24,000 nucleotides of DNA from an uncultured Eubacteriales bacterium (GTDB lineage: Bacteria > Bacillota > Clostridia > Oscillospirales > UBA644). Location of the stretch: the NCBI GenBank assembly GCA_934486965.1, contig CAKSQP010000005.1, forward strand, positions 9,638 to 33,637, written 5' to 3'. Positions 8,879-16,303 of this stretch are shown here, one piece after another (position 1 is the stretch's first letter; the number at the start of each line of letters is the position of its first letter). Made by a program: the position numbers and the translations under genes. The notes under the pieces are model-generated. The model made no database searches and was not told the DNA's origin. It worked only from the letters and a program-made list of their open reading frames with translations.

Positions 8879-8912
8879 ACTCCGCTCCTTTCCGCATTTA
8901 TCTATCATTATC

Positions 8913-8941
8913 AGTATATCACAAATATAATGAAAAAACAA
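8913..8941 (-). promoter_or_regulatory. Putative promoter for the AI-2E/VanY/dtxR/mrp string
   Basis: The minus strand reads TTGTTT (8941-8936), a 17-nt spacer and an extended -10 TGATATACT (-10 hexamer at 8918-8913). It lies about 35 nt upstream of ATG 8878. Confidence 0.5.
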
Positions 8942-8950
8942 GTAAATTTA

Positions 8951-8988
8951 ATAAAAAATTGTCGGGAAACAAAATTATTTCCCGACAA
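8951..8988 (-). terminator. Rho-independent terminator of purA
   Basis: The minus strand reads TTGTCGGGAAA-TAATTTT-GTTTCCCGACAA followed by TTTTTTATT. It begins 5 nt after the purA stop. Confidence 0.8.
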
Positions 8989-8992
8989 GGCT

Positions 8993-10267
8993 CTATCTTA
9001 TTATAAAGTCGTTTCTGTTCGGTCCGGTGGAGATCATCGTGATTTTTCTTCCGATGTGTTCTTCGACGAATTCGACGTATTTTTTCGCGTTTTCCGGCAG
9101 GTCGGCATAGTTTTTCGTGCCGCGTATATCGCATTTCCAGCCGTCGAGATACTCAAAAACGGGTTTTGCGCGGTTGAGTTTCGGAGTATTCGGGAAATCG
9201 GTCGTTATTTTTCCGTCGATATCGTAAGCGACGCAGACGGGAATTTTATCAAGATAACCGAGGACGTCTATGAGAGAAAGGACGACGTCGGTAGTGCCTT
9301 GGAGCATACAGCCGTATTTTGTCGCAACGCAGTCGAACCAGCCCATTCTTCTCGGTCTTCCGGTCGTTGCCCCGTATTCGCCCTTGTCGCCGCCTCTTTT
9401 TCTGAGGTTTTCAGCCTCGTCGCCGAATATTTCGGAAACGAAAGCGCCTGCGCCGACAGCCGAGGAGTAGGATTTGACGACCGTATATATTTTCTTTATT
9501 TCGTAAGGGGGAATTCCCGCTCCGACAGCGGCAAAACCCGCGAGAGGCGAAGAGGAAGTGACGAACGGATATATTCCGTTGTCGGTATCCTTGAGCGTTC
9601 CGAGTTGTCCCTCCAGAAGGATAGTTTTTCCGTCGGCTATCGCGTTGTTTAAGAATCTTGCGACGTCCTCGACCATCGGTTCGAGTTTTTCGCGGTAAGA
9701 AACCATTTTTTCGAATATTTTTTCAGCGTCGAGTTTTTCCGCTCCGTAAAGGGAAACAAGGGTCGCGTTCTTTATTTCAACAACCTTTTCAAGACGGGTT
9801 TTAAGGGTCTCGTCGTCGAAAAGTTCGCAGACCTGAACGCCTATTTTCATCGCCTTGTCGGCGTAAAAAGGAGCGATGCCCGATTTCGTCGAACCGTAAC
9901 TGTTTTTGCCGAGTCTTTTTTCTTCGAGTTCGTCGAAAAGGATATGATACGGCATGACGACCTGAGCCCTGTCCGAAACTCTTATGTCGGGCTTCGGAAC
10001 GCCGCTTTTCTCCAGATTTTCGAGTTCGGAAAAGAGGTTGTCAAGGTTGAGGGCTACCCCCTGACCTATGACGTTCGTAACTCCCTTTCTGAAAACTCCC
10101 GAAGGCAGGATATGCAACGCAAATTTACCGTAATCGTTTATGATCGTATGTCCGGCGTTTGCCCCTCCCTGAAAACGGACTACCACGTCCGCGTCCTCGG
10201 CAAGAAGGTCGGTGATCTTACCTTTGCCTTCGTCGCCCCAGTTGCCGCCGACTATCGCTTTAACCAT
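8993..10267 (-). CDS. purA: Adenylosuccinate synthetase
   Basis: This 424-aa protein has the N-terminal GNWGDEGKGK P-loop, the GGANAGHT and GTTGRP blocks and full-length similarity to PurA. A GGAGGAG RBS is present. Confidence 0.95.
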   Translation of the reverse strand: MVKAIVGGNWGDEGKGKITDLLAEDADVVVRFQGGANAGHTIINDYGKFALHILPSGVFRKGVTNVIGQGVALNLDNLFSELENLEKSGVPKPDIRVSDRAQVVMPYHILFDELEEKRLGKNSYGSTKSGIAPFYADKAMKIGVQVCELFDDETLKTRLEKVVEIKNATLVSLYGAEKLDAEKIFEKMVSYREKLEPMVEDVARFLNNAIADGKTILLEGQLGTLKDTDNGIYPFVTSSSPLAGFAAVGAGIPPYEIKKIYTVVKSYSSAVGAGAFVSEIFGDEAENLRKRGGDKGEYGATTGRPRRMGWFDCVATKYGCMLQGTTDVVLSLIDVLGYLDKIPVCVAYDIDGKITTDFPNTPKLNRAKPVFEYLDGWKCDIRGTKNYADLPENAKKYVEFVEEHIGRKITMISTGPNRNDFIIR

Positions 10268-10300
10268 AATGCTCCTCCTTTTTTCTTTCCGTACCCTACT

Positions 10301-10329
10301 ATAATATCACAACCGACCCCTTCCGTCAA
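10301..10329 (-). promoter_or_regulatory. Putative purA promoter
   Basis: The minus strand reads TTGACG (10329-10324), a 17-nt spacer and an extended -10 TGATATTAT (hexamer 10306-10301). Confidence 0.55.
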
Positions 10330-10350
10330 CGGTTTTCGGTTTTTGTTATA

Positions 10351-10827
10351 TTAAGTTTGAAATTTATCGCCGTCAAGTCTTGTCACTTTCCAGTATTCGT
10401 TCATTTTGAAATTTTTCTCGTATGTCGTTTCCCTTAAAAAGTCAAATGTCGGAACGAACGCCGCGGCTTCGCTTTCGCTTCCGAACTCCACTTCGGCGTA
10501 GTAGAAATCACGGTCGACGAGACTGCATTCAAGGGTATGTCCGTCGGGAAGACGGTACGCTCTGAATATCTTTTCGACCGGTTTTTTGTCGCAAAGGGTC
10601 TTCAGGCGGCTGAATCTGTCGGCGTCAAGGTCAAATTCGACTTCTTCGCGCGACAGGGTGCCGCCGCCTTTTATCGTGAGTTTATAGGACGATTTTCCGT
10701 TTTTCTGTTTTTCGCGTATTCTGACATACGGTTCGACCGAGAGAAAATACTGATATACGGTGCTTTCCTCCGTTACGGGAAGCCCGTCGGGGAACGCCGC
10801 GAGCAAAAATTTTCTTTCTGTTTCCAT
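10351..10827 (-). CDS. CYTH domain protein (triphosphate tunnel metalloenzyme family)
   Basis: This 158-aa protein has the N-terminal ExExK signature (METERKFLL) and alternating charged beta-strand patterns (YVRIREK, YKLTIKG, AEVEF). An AAGGAG RBS is present. Confidence 0.85.
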   Translation of the reverse strand: METERKFLLAAFPDGLPVTEESTVYQYFLSVEPYVRIREKQKNGKSSYKLTIKGGGTLSREEVEFDLDADRFSRLKTLCDKKPVEKIFRAYRLPDGHTLECSLVDRDFYYAEVEFGSESEAAAFVPTFDFLRETTYEKNFKMNEYWKVTRLDGDKFQT

Positions 10828-10865
10828 AAAGACTCCTTTACTGATAAAAGTTTATTATTAAACTA

Positions 10866-10894
10866 TTGCTAAAATCCTAAAAATGTGCTATACT
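10866..10894 (+). promoter_or_regulatory. Putative promoter for the S11-like gene
   Basis: TTGCTA (10866-10871), a 17-nt spacer and an extended -10 TGCTATACT (hexamer 10889-10894). Confidence 0.5.
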
Positions 10895-10925
10895 CTTAGT
10901 ACAATACCGAGAAGGGAGAAGAAAA

Positions 10926-12230
10926 TTGAAAAAGATTTCTGCATTTTTTCTTGCGCTTGTGCTGACGGTCTGTCTTTTTACGCTCCCGATTTCGGCGGAA
11001 GAACTTTCCGCGGAAACGGCAAGCGACGGGTCCGTCCTTTACAACGTACAGACGCAGACTTTTCTTGTCGAAAAAAATGCCGACGACGAAATATTCTGCG
11101 GTTTTCTCCCAAGGCTCGTGCTTGCGATAATGCTCACGGAATCAAAAGCCGATCTCGAAGAGGTCATCGCCGTTCCGTCGGGGACGCGAGCGCAGACTCC
11201 GCAGTTCAGTTCAGCAGACCTTAAAGACGGCGACAAAATATCCCTCGGCGACCTGATAAGCGCAATGCTTATCGGCAATTCGCAGGAAGCCTCTGTCGCG
11301 GTGGCTTTGTATATGTCCGACGGAAACCTCTCTTCCATTATAGCACAGATGAACGAAAAAGCCAAGACGGTAGGCGCGGAAAATACGGTGTTTACAAACG
11401 TAACGGGCTATAACGACAGGCAGAATCCCGCCAAGACCACACTGCGCGACGTCGTTAAGATATGCACCTACGCACTGACGGTCGACGGTATTCTCGACAG
11501 GTCGGACATCGCCTATACCCTCCTTACGGTAAACGGCATAACCCGACCGCTGTATACAAAAAACTCCATGGTCGAATCGTCTTCGGTCTATTACTACAAG
11601 AGAGCGACGGGACTTGCCGTTTCGGGAGACGCAAACAGCGGGTTTGTCGCGGTCTCGACGGTGTTAAACAACAATTCGCGTTTCCTTGCGGTAAACTATT
11701 CGAAAAACAGCCTTTCAAACGCCTTTACCGATACCGTAAAACTGCTCAGATATTCGCTTGAAGCCTACGAAGTGCGGGAACTCGTAAAGAAAAACGATCC
11801 TGTCACCGAAGTTACCGTAAGGCTCGGAAAAGACTCCGATTTCATGGTTTTATATGCCGAAGAGGGAATAAAAGTTTCCCTTCCGAAAACCGCGAAAGCA
11901 GAGGATATAAAAGTAAGTTACGAAGAAATCCCCGACGACATAAAAGCGCCGATAAGTTCGGGCGACGCGTTCGGTTATGCGGTCTACCGCTATAACGGCG
12001 TTGAGATCGGACGTACAAAACTCATTTCGCGCACGAATATTTCGGTCGATCTTATCGCGCACTACACCGACGAGATAGCGGGACTTTTCAAAAATCCGCT
12101 TTTGTGGATAGCGATAGTCGCGGTGCTTGTTCTGCTCGCGACATACCTTTTCCTTGCGGGCGCTTCGCGGCGGAAAAGAAACAAAGACGACAAGATAAAG
12201 AAAAAAAGAAGAGTCCACGGAAAACTCTGA
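10926..12230 (+). CDS. Peptidase S11 (PBP5/DacA/DacF-like D-Ala-D-Ala carboxypeptidase) homolog, apparently catalytically degenerate, with a signal peptide and a C-terminal TM anchor
   Basis: This 434-aa ORF has a TTG start preceded by a GGGAGA RBS. A signal peptide (MKKISAFFLALVLTVCLFTLPISA) is present. It is collinear with S11 enzymes (NEKAKTVGAENTVFTNVTGY, TTLRDVVKI), has a PBP5_C-like region and ends in a hydrophobic helix with a K/R-rich tail. See the findings for the substituted active-site motifs. Confidence 0.8.
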   Translation: MKKISAFFLALVLTVCLFTLPISAEELSAETASDGSVLYNVQTQTFLVEKNADDEIFCGFLPRLVLAIMLTESKADLEEVIAVPSGTRAQTPQFSSADLKDGDKISLGDLISAMLIGNSQEASVAVALYMSDGNLSSIIAQMNEKAKTVGAENTVFTNVTGYNDRQNPAKTTLRDVVKICTYALTVDGILDRSDIAYTLLTVNGITRPLYTKNSMVESSSVYYYKRATGLAVSGDANSGFVAVSTVLNNNSRFLAVNYSKNSLSNAFTDTVKLLRYSLEAYEVRELVKKNDPVTEVTVRLGKDSDFMVLYAEEGIKVSLPKTAKAEDIKVSYEEIPDDIKAPISSGDAFGYAVYRYNGVEIGRTKLISRTNISVDLIAHYTDEIAGLFKNPLLWIAIVAVLVLLATYLFLAGASRRKRNKDDKIKKKRRVHGKL

Positions 12231-12231
12231 T

Positions 12232-12263
12232 AAAAAACGCACAGCCAAGGCGGTGCGTTTTTT
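12232..12263. terminator. Bidirectional rho-independent terminator between the convergent S11-like and DUF1846 genes
   Basis: The sequence aaaaaacgcacagcc-aa-ggcggtgcgtttttt forms a GC-rich stem flanked by an A-run and a T-run. It sits directly after both stop codons. Confidence 0.75.
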
Positions 12264-13741
12264 CAATAAAGTTTCTGTGTTCGTCTGACTGGTTCGCAGG
12301 TGTAGTTTACTCCGAGTTTTTTCAGAATTCTTTCGTCCGCCTCGCAGAGCATGACCGAGGAATGAAGTTCCGAGCCGCGGAGACGTCCGATCTGACCGAG
12401 GGCTTTCTGCGCCTGAGGGTTTACGGTAGCGCTGCTCGAAAGAGCGATGAGCATTTCGTTCGAATTGAGGTGGCTTGTCGCCGAACGGAGAATTTCTCTT
12501 TTAAGTTTTACGATCGGCTGGATAAAGGTTTCCGCGATAAGGGGAACGTCGTCGTCGATACCCGCCATTTCTTTCATTGCGTTCAAGAGCGCCGCGGAGA
12601 CCGAGCCCAGAAGATTGCTTGTTTTACCCGTAACTATCTTTCCGTCGTCAAGTTCTATCGCAACGGAATGTGCGCCCGTTTTTTCCGCCTTTTCGACTGC
12701 GGGACGGACCACTTTGCGGTCTTCGGGACATACGCCCGCCTGTTTCATGATGCTTTCGACCTTTATCACGGCGCTTTCCGAAACGTTTCCCATGACTTTG
12801 TCGCAGCAGACCTTGAAATAGCGGCGGATAATCTCCTCTCTGGAGGCTTCGCAGACCGCTTCGTCGTCAATAATGCAGTTGCCCGCCATATTTACGCCCA
12901 TATCGGTCGGGGAATTATACGGGCTTTCGCCCAGAATTCTCTCGAGGAGCGCCTTTAAGAGCGGAAAAGCCTCGACGTCGCGGTTGTAGTTTACGGTCAT
13001 TTCGCCGTATGCCTCAAGGTGGAACGGGTCTATCATATTAAGGTCGTTAAGGTCGGCTGTCGCCGCCTCGTACGCCAGATTAACGGGGTGTTTGAGGGGG
13101 ATATTCCATATCGGGAAAGTCTCGAATTTTGCATATCCCGCGGAAATTCCGCGTTCATGTTCGTGATATAACTGGGAAAGGCAGGTCGCGAGTTTTCCGC
13201 TTCCGGGACCGGGCGCCGTAACGATAACGAGAGGGCGGGTCGTTTCGATATATTCGTTTCTGCCGTAGCCCGCTTCCGAAACGATAAGGGGGATATTGTT
13301 CGGGTATCCCTCGATAGGATAGTGAAGATAAACTTTTATGCCGAGATTTGAAAGTTTCTTTTTGAAAAGTTCGGCGGAATACTGACCCGAAAACTGGGTA
13401 AGAACAACGCTCGAAACGTAAAGACCGAGATCCCTGAAAGCGTCTATAAGACGGAGAACGTCGGTGTCGTACGAAATCCCGAGGTCGCCTCTTATCTTGT
13501 TTTTCTCGATATCGCAGGCGTTTATCGCGATTATGACTTCGGTCGAATCCTTAAGATTGAGAAGCATTTTCATCTTGCTGTCTGGTTCGAATCCGGGAAG
13601 AACGCGCGACGCATGGTAATCGTCGAAAAGTTTTCCTCCGAGTTCAAGATAAAGTTTGCCGTCGAATTTTTCTATGCGCTCTTTTATGTGCGCCGATTGC
13701 ATTTTCAGATATTTCCCGTTATCGAAACCGATTTTTTTCAT
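12263..13741 (-). CDS. UPF0371/DUF1846 family protein (conserved, function unknown)
   Basis: This 492-aa protein has the family-typical N-terminus (GFDNGKYLKMQSAHIKERIEKFDGKLYLELGGKLFDDYHASRVLPGF) and full-length collinearity with that family as I recall it. An RBS is present. Confidence 0.88.
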   Translation of the reverse strand: MKKIGFDNGKYLKMQSAHIKERIEKFDGKLYLELGGKLFDDYHASRVLPGFEPDSKMKMLLNLKDSTEVIIAINACDIEKNKIRGDLGISYDTDVLRLIDAFRDLGLYVSSVVLTQFSGQYSAELFKKKLSNLGIKVYLHYPIEGYPNNIPLIVSEAGYGRNEYIETTRPLVIVTAPGPGSGKLATCLSQLYHEHERGISAGYAKFETFPIWNIPLKHPVNLAYEAATADLNDLNMIDPFHLEAYGEMTVNYNRDVEAFPLLKALLERILGESPYNSPTDMGVNMAGNCIIDDEAVCEASREEIIRRYFKVCCDKVMGNVSESAVIKVESIMKQAGVCPEDRKVVRPAVEKAEKTGAHSVAIELDDGKIVTGKTSNLLGSVSAALLNAMKEMAGIDDDVPLIAETFIQPIVKLKREILRSATSHLNSNEMLIALSSSATVNPQAQKALGQIGRLRGSELHSSVMLCEADERILKKLGVNYTCEPVRRTQKLY

Positions 13742-13781
13742 ATCCCGTTTTTCCTTTCCCCTTTTGTAAACATTATCTGTA

Positions 13782-13811
13782 ATTATATAATATCCGAAGG
13801 CTCTTTGTCAA
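13782..13811 (-). promoter_or_regulatory. Putative promoter for the DUF1846 gene
   Basis: The minus strand reads TTGACA (13811-13806), an 18-nt spacer and TATAAT (13787-13782). It lies about 40 nt upstream of ATG 13741. Confidence 0.5.
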
Positions 13812-13855
13812 GAGACGGAGCATAGAATTTTGTCAAAATTTTTCCTTTTTCCGTA

Positions 13856-13884
13856 TTGATTTCGGGTGTAATATATAGTATAAT
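13856..13884 (+). promoter_or_regulatory. Putative promoter for the hydrolase-fold gene, and possibly for the downstream yqfC...Toprim string
   Basis: TTGATT (13856-13861), a 17-nt spacer and TATAAT (13879-13884). An AAGGAAG RBS follows, with the ATG at 13914. Confidence 0.5.
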
Positions 13885-13913
13885 ATATGTTGAAATAGTG
13901 AAAGGAAGAAGAT

Positions 13914-14837
13914 ATGAAAAAAATCGTCAGAACGGTATGTATAATTCTTGCAGCGCTTCTTGTCCTGTCGGCGGCGGTATTTACGGTCTCGGCAGTGATC
14001 GCGGCAAAAAAGGTCTACGATCCCGAACGCAGGATACTGCGCTCCACGCCCGATGAACTCGGACTTTATTTCGACGGGCTTGAAATTCCGACGGAAAACG
14101 GAAAGATTTCCGCATGGTTTATCCCCGCGCAGGAGGACAGAGACAACGTTTCGGAAAGTATGCAGACCGTCATAATCTCCCACAACTATTCCGACAACAG
14201 GGAAATGAACGATATTTCTCTCTTATATACGGTAAAATTTTTATGCAGGAACGGGCTTAACGTCGTAATGTTCGACTATACGGGCAGCGGCTCGTCCGAC
14301 GGAAAAGGATATTCTTTCGGGCAGAAGGAAGAAACGGACGAACTCTGTGCTGTGACGGATAAGGTAAAAGAACTTATCCCCGACGGTGAGATAATCCTTT
14401 ACGGACTCGGTTTCGGCGCCGCTCCGGTTATTGAAACGGCAAATGAAAAAGGCATTGAAAAGATAATTGCGGACAGCCTTTACGCCGACCTGCCGACCCT
14501 GCTTTCACAGAGTATGTCTTATTTCACGGGCGTTCGGAACGGATTATTCAATTCCGCGGTAAAGTTTTTCCTGCCGCTTGTCTCTCCTGTGGACTATTCC
14601 TACCCCTCCCCCGCCGAAACGCTTGAAAAGACGTCGGGGAAAAAGATACTGCTCATTTACGGACAGTCGGACAGCGTTCTGCCGTCGACCGATTCCCAGA
14701 CGGTGAAATCAGCCGCCGAAAAGCAGAACGACGTAAAACTGTGGCTCATTCCCGACTGCGAACATCTCTGCGGCATGGTAAAGAACGACTATAATTACAG
14801 AAACGTTCTCCTTGCCTTTATAAAAGGCGAAGAATAG
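13914..14837 (+). CDS. Membrane-anchored alpha/beta-hydrolase-fold protein (nucleophile position is Gly)
   Basis: This 307-aa protein has an N-terminal TM helix. Its fold blocks are collinear with YfhR/YqkD-type hydrolases (VIISHN, NVVMFDYTGSGSSDG, ILYGLGFGAA, ILLIYGQSDSVLP, PDCEHLCG). Confidence 0.8.
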   Translation: MKKIVRTVCIILAALLVLSAAVFTVSAVIAAKKVYDPERRILRSTPDELGLYFDGLEIPTENGKISAWFIPAQEDRDNVSESMQTVIISHNYSDNREMNDISLLYTVKFLCRNGLNVVMFDYTGSGSSDGKGYSFGQKEETDELCAVTDKVKELIPDGEIILYGLGFGAAPVIETANEKGIEKIIADSLYADLPTLLSQSMSYFTGVRNGLFNSAVKFFLPLVSPVDYSYPSPAETLEKTSGKKILLIYGQSDSVLPSTDSQTVKSAAEKQNDVKLWLIPDCEHLCGMVKNDYNYRNVLLAFIKGEE

Positions 14838-14895
14838 AATTTTCGCGGTTTTTCCCGCATAGATATTTCTGAGAATATATCTGTGAGGGACAAAG

Positions 14896-15123
14896 ATGAG
14901 CAAATGCGACCGTTACCCCGAAGCGTCCGTCGAAATTTTCGGAAGAGACACCGTTTTCGCGGAGGGTTTCATAAAAATCGAAGAATATCAGAGCGAAACA
15001 GTCAAACTGAAATATAAAAATTTCCGACTGCGCATTATCGGAGAAAATCTTACTTTATCCGATATCAAAAGCAGGGCCGTCGTCGTCACGGGAAAGATAT
15101 TATCCCTTGACTACACGGATTAG
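14896..15123 (+). CDS. yqfC: Sporulation protein YqfC (YabP family)
   Basis: This 75-aa protein shows the YabP-family pattern (VEIFGRDTVFAEGFIKIEEYQSETVKL...LRIIGENLTL...VVVTGKILSLDY). It lies immediately upstream of yqfD, as in Bacillus. A GAGGGA RBS is present. Confidence 0.8.
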   Translation: MSKCDRYPEASVEIFGRDTVFAEGFIKIEEYQSETVKLKYKNFRLRIIGENLTLSDIKSRAVVVTGKILSLDYTD

Positions 15124-15132
15124 GAGGTTTTT

Positions 15133-16293
15133 ATGACCGACAGACTTTTCGGTTCCGTCCGCTTTGAACTGTGGGGAGACTTTCCCGAAGATTTTCTTAC
15201 CCTTGCCGCCGCAGAAGGCGTCGAACTCTGGGATATTAAAAGAAACGGAGACGTTTTTTCGGCAAAGACCCGCCCGTGGCAGACGGGCGACGTCAGAGTT
15301 ATTGCTGAAAAATGCAGGCTTGTATATACCGAAATTTCGCAAAGCGGGCTTTCGCACACCGTAAAAAAATACCGTTGCAGATACGGGATACTTGTCGGGG
15401 CGCTCCTTCTTTTTGCTTTTGTTTTCATATCGTCGCGGTTTTTGTGGAAAATAGAAATAACGGGCTGTGAAAACACCGACATTAAAAAATTCGAAGAAAA
15501 ACTTGCGGAATACGGAGTAAAAGTCGGAGGTCCGTCGCACCGCGGCGACATAAACGACCTGCAACTATTGCTTTTGCGGGATTTTCCCGACATTGCGTTT
15601 GTCGCGGTAAATATTAAAGGCAGTTTTGCAAAAGTCGAAGTGACCGAACGCAGACTGCCGCCCGAAACCGTCGACCAGTATTCTCCCTGCAACATCGTCG
15701 CATCTTCTCCCGGAATAATCATTTCGGCAAAAGTATATTCGGGGGTCACTCTCTGCAAAGAAAACGACGTCGTCGCGAAAGGAGATCTTCTGGTAAGCGG
15801 CATTTTCGACAGCAAATACGTCGGATTCCGAATGGTCCACGCCAAGGCGGAAATCATAGCAAGGACCGAAAAAGCAATAACGGCATACCGCCCTTACGAA
15901 TATGAAAAAGAGGAACGGACGGGCGAGAAAAAGACGGTTTATACTTTCAATATTTTCGGACTTTCGTTTTCGGTCGGAAGTTGTCCGTTTGAAAATTACG
16001 AAGAAGAAAACGATATAAAACATCTTAAGATCGGAGAAAACGGATATCTGCCGTTCTCCGTTGAAAAAACGGTTTATTACAAAACCGAAAAAAGCAAAGC
16101 AACACGAACGCCCGAAGAGGCGGAAAAAGAAGCCGTCGCGGAAGCGGAGGAAAAATTCAGGGTCTTCAACGAGACGAACTTTGCCGAAGAGGTAAACACC
16201 GAAATAATACGCGATTCGAAAGGCGTTACGGTAAAATATTACTGCACCGTAATTTCGGATATCGCGGCGGAAAAGGAAATTTTCAGAAATTAA
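15133..16293 (+). CDS. yqfD: Sporulation protein YqfD (putative stage IV sporulation protein)
   Basis: This 386-aa protein has a central TM helix (ILVGALLLFAFVFISSRFLW) followed by KIEITGCEN, as in YqfD proteins. Synteny with yqfC and phoH supports the call. An AGGAGG RBS is present. Confidence 0.85.
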   Translation: MTDRLFGSVRFELWGDFPEDFLTLAAAEGVELWDIKRNGDVFSAKTRPWQTGDVRVIAEKCRLVYTEISQSGLSHTVKKYRCRYGILVGALLLFAFVFISSRFLWKIEITGCENTDIKKFEEKLAEYGVKVGGPSHRGDINDLQLLLLRDFPDIAFVAVNIKGSFAKVEVTERRLPPETVDQYSPCNIVASSPGIIISAKVYSGVTLCKENDVVAKGDLLVSGIFDSKYVGFRMVHAKAEIIARTEKAITAYRPYEYEKEERTGEKKTVYTFNIFGLSFSVGSCPFENYEEENDIKHLKIGENGYLPFSVEKTVYYKTEKSKATRTPEEAEKEAVAEAEEKFRVFNETNFAEEVNTEIIRDSKGVTVKYYCTVISDIAAEKEIFRN

Positions 16294-16303
16294 AGGAGAA
16301 TAT

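Noticed and set aside
8879-8941. N-terminal extensions of track ORFs. These are the AI-2E ORF to 8941, the mutS2 ORF from TTG 19801 and the Toprim ORF from 23105.
   Set aside because: The extensions lack an RBS. They run through a predicted promoter or lie inside the upstream gene. In each case an internal ATG with an RBS or an ATGA-type coupling gives the family-typical N-terminus.
12104-12958. A 284-aa plus-strand ORF spanning the end of the S11-like gene, the terminator and the antisense of DUF1846. The ORF at 8930-9652, antisense to purA, is a similar case.
   Set aside because: It crosses a strong bidirectional terminator, and its translation is R/F-rich without motifs. It is not credible as a gene.
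13804-13836. A direct repeat of tttgtcaa (13804-13811 and 13829-13836) in the divergent intergenic region, considered as a possible operator.
   Set aside because: The first copy is adequately explained as the minus-strand TTGACA -35 box of the DUF1846 promoter. Two 8-mers in an AT-rich spacer are weak evidence for a regulator site.
14286-14300. A GSSDG string (aa 126-130) in the hydrolase-fold protein that formally matches G-x-S-x-G.
   Set aside because: By block order it corresponds to the conserved DxxGxGxSxG loop that follows the FDY strand in this hydrolase family, not the nucleophile elbow. I keep it as a caveat in the finding rather than as the active site.
14838-14895. A possible sporulation-sigma (SigE/SigK-like) promoter and small palindrome (agatat...atatct) upstream of yqfC.
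   Set aside because: Matches to the CATACA-T or CATA---TA type -10 elements are poor. The best-positioned candidates would put the transcription start inside the RBS. I cannot support a promoter call from sequence alone.
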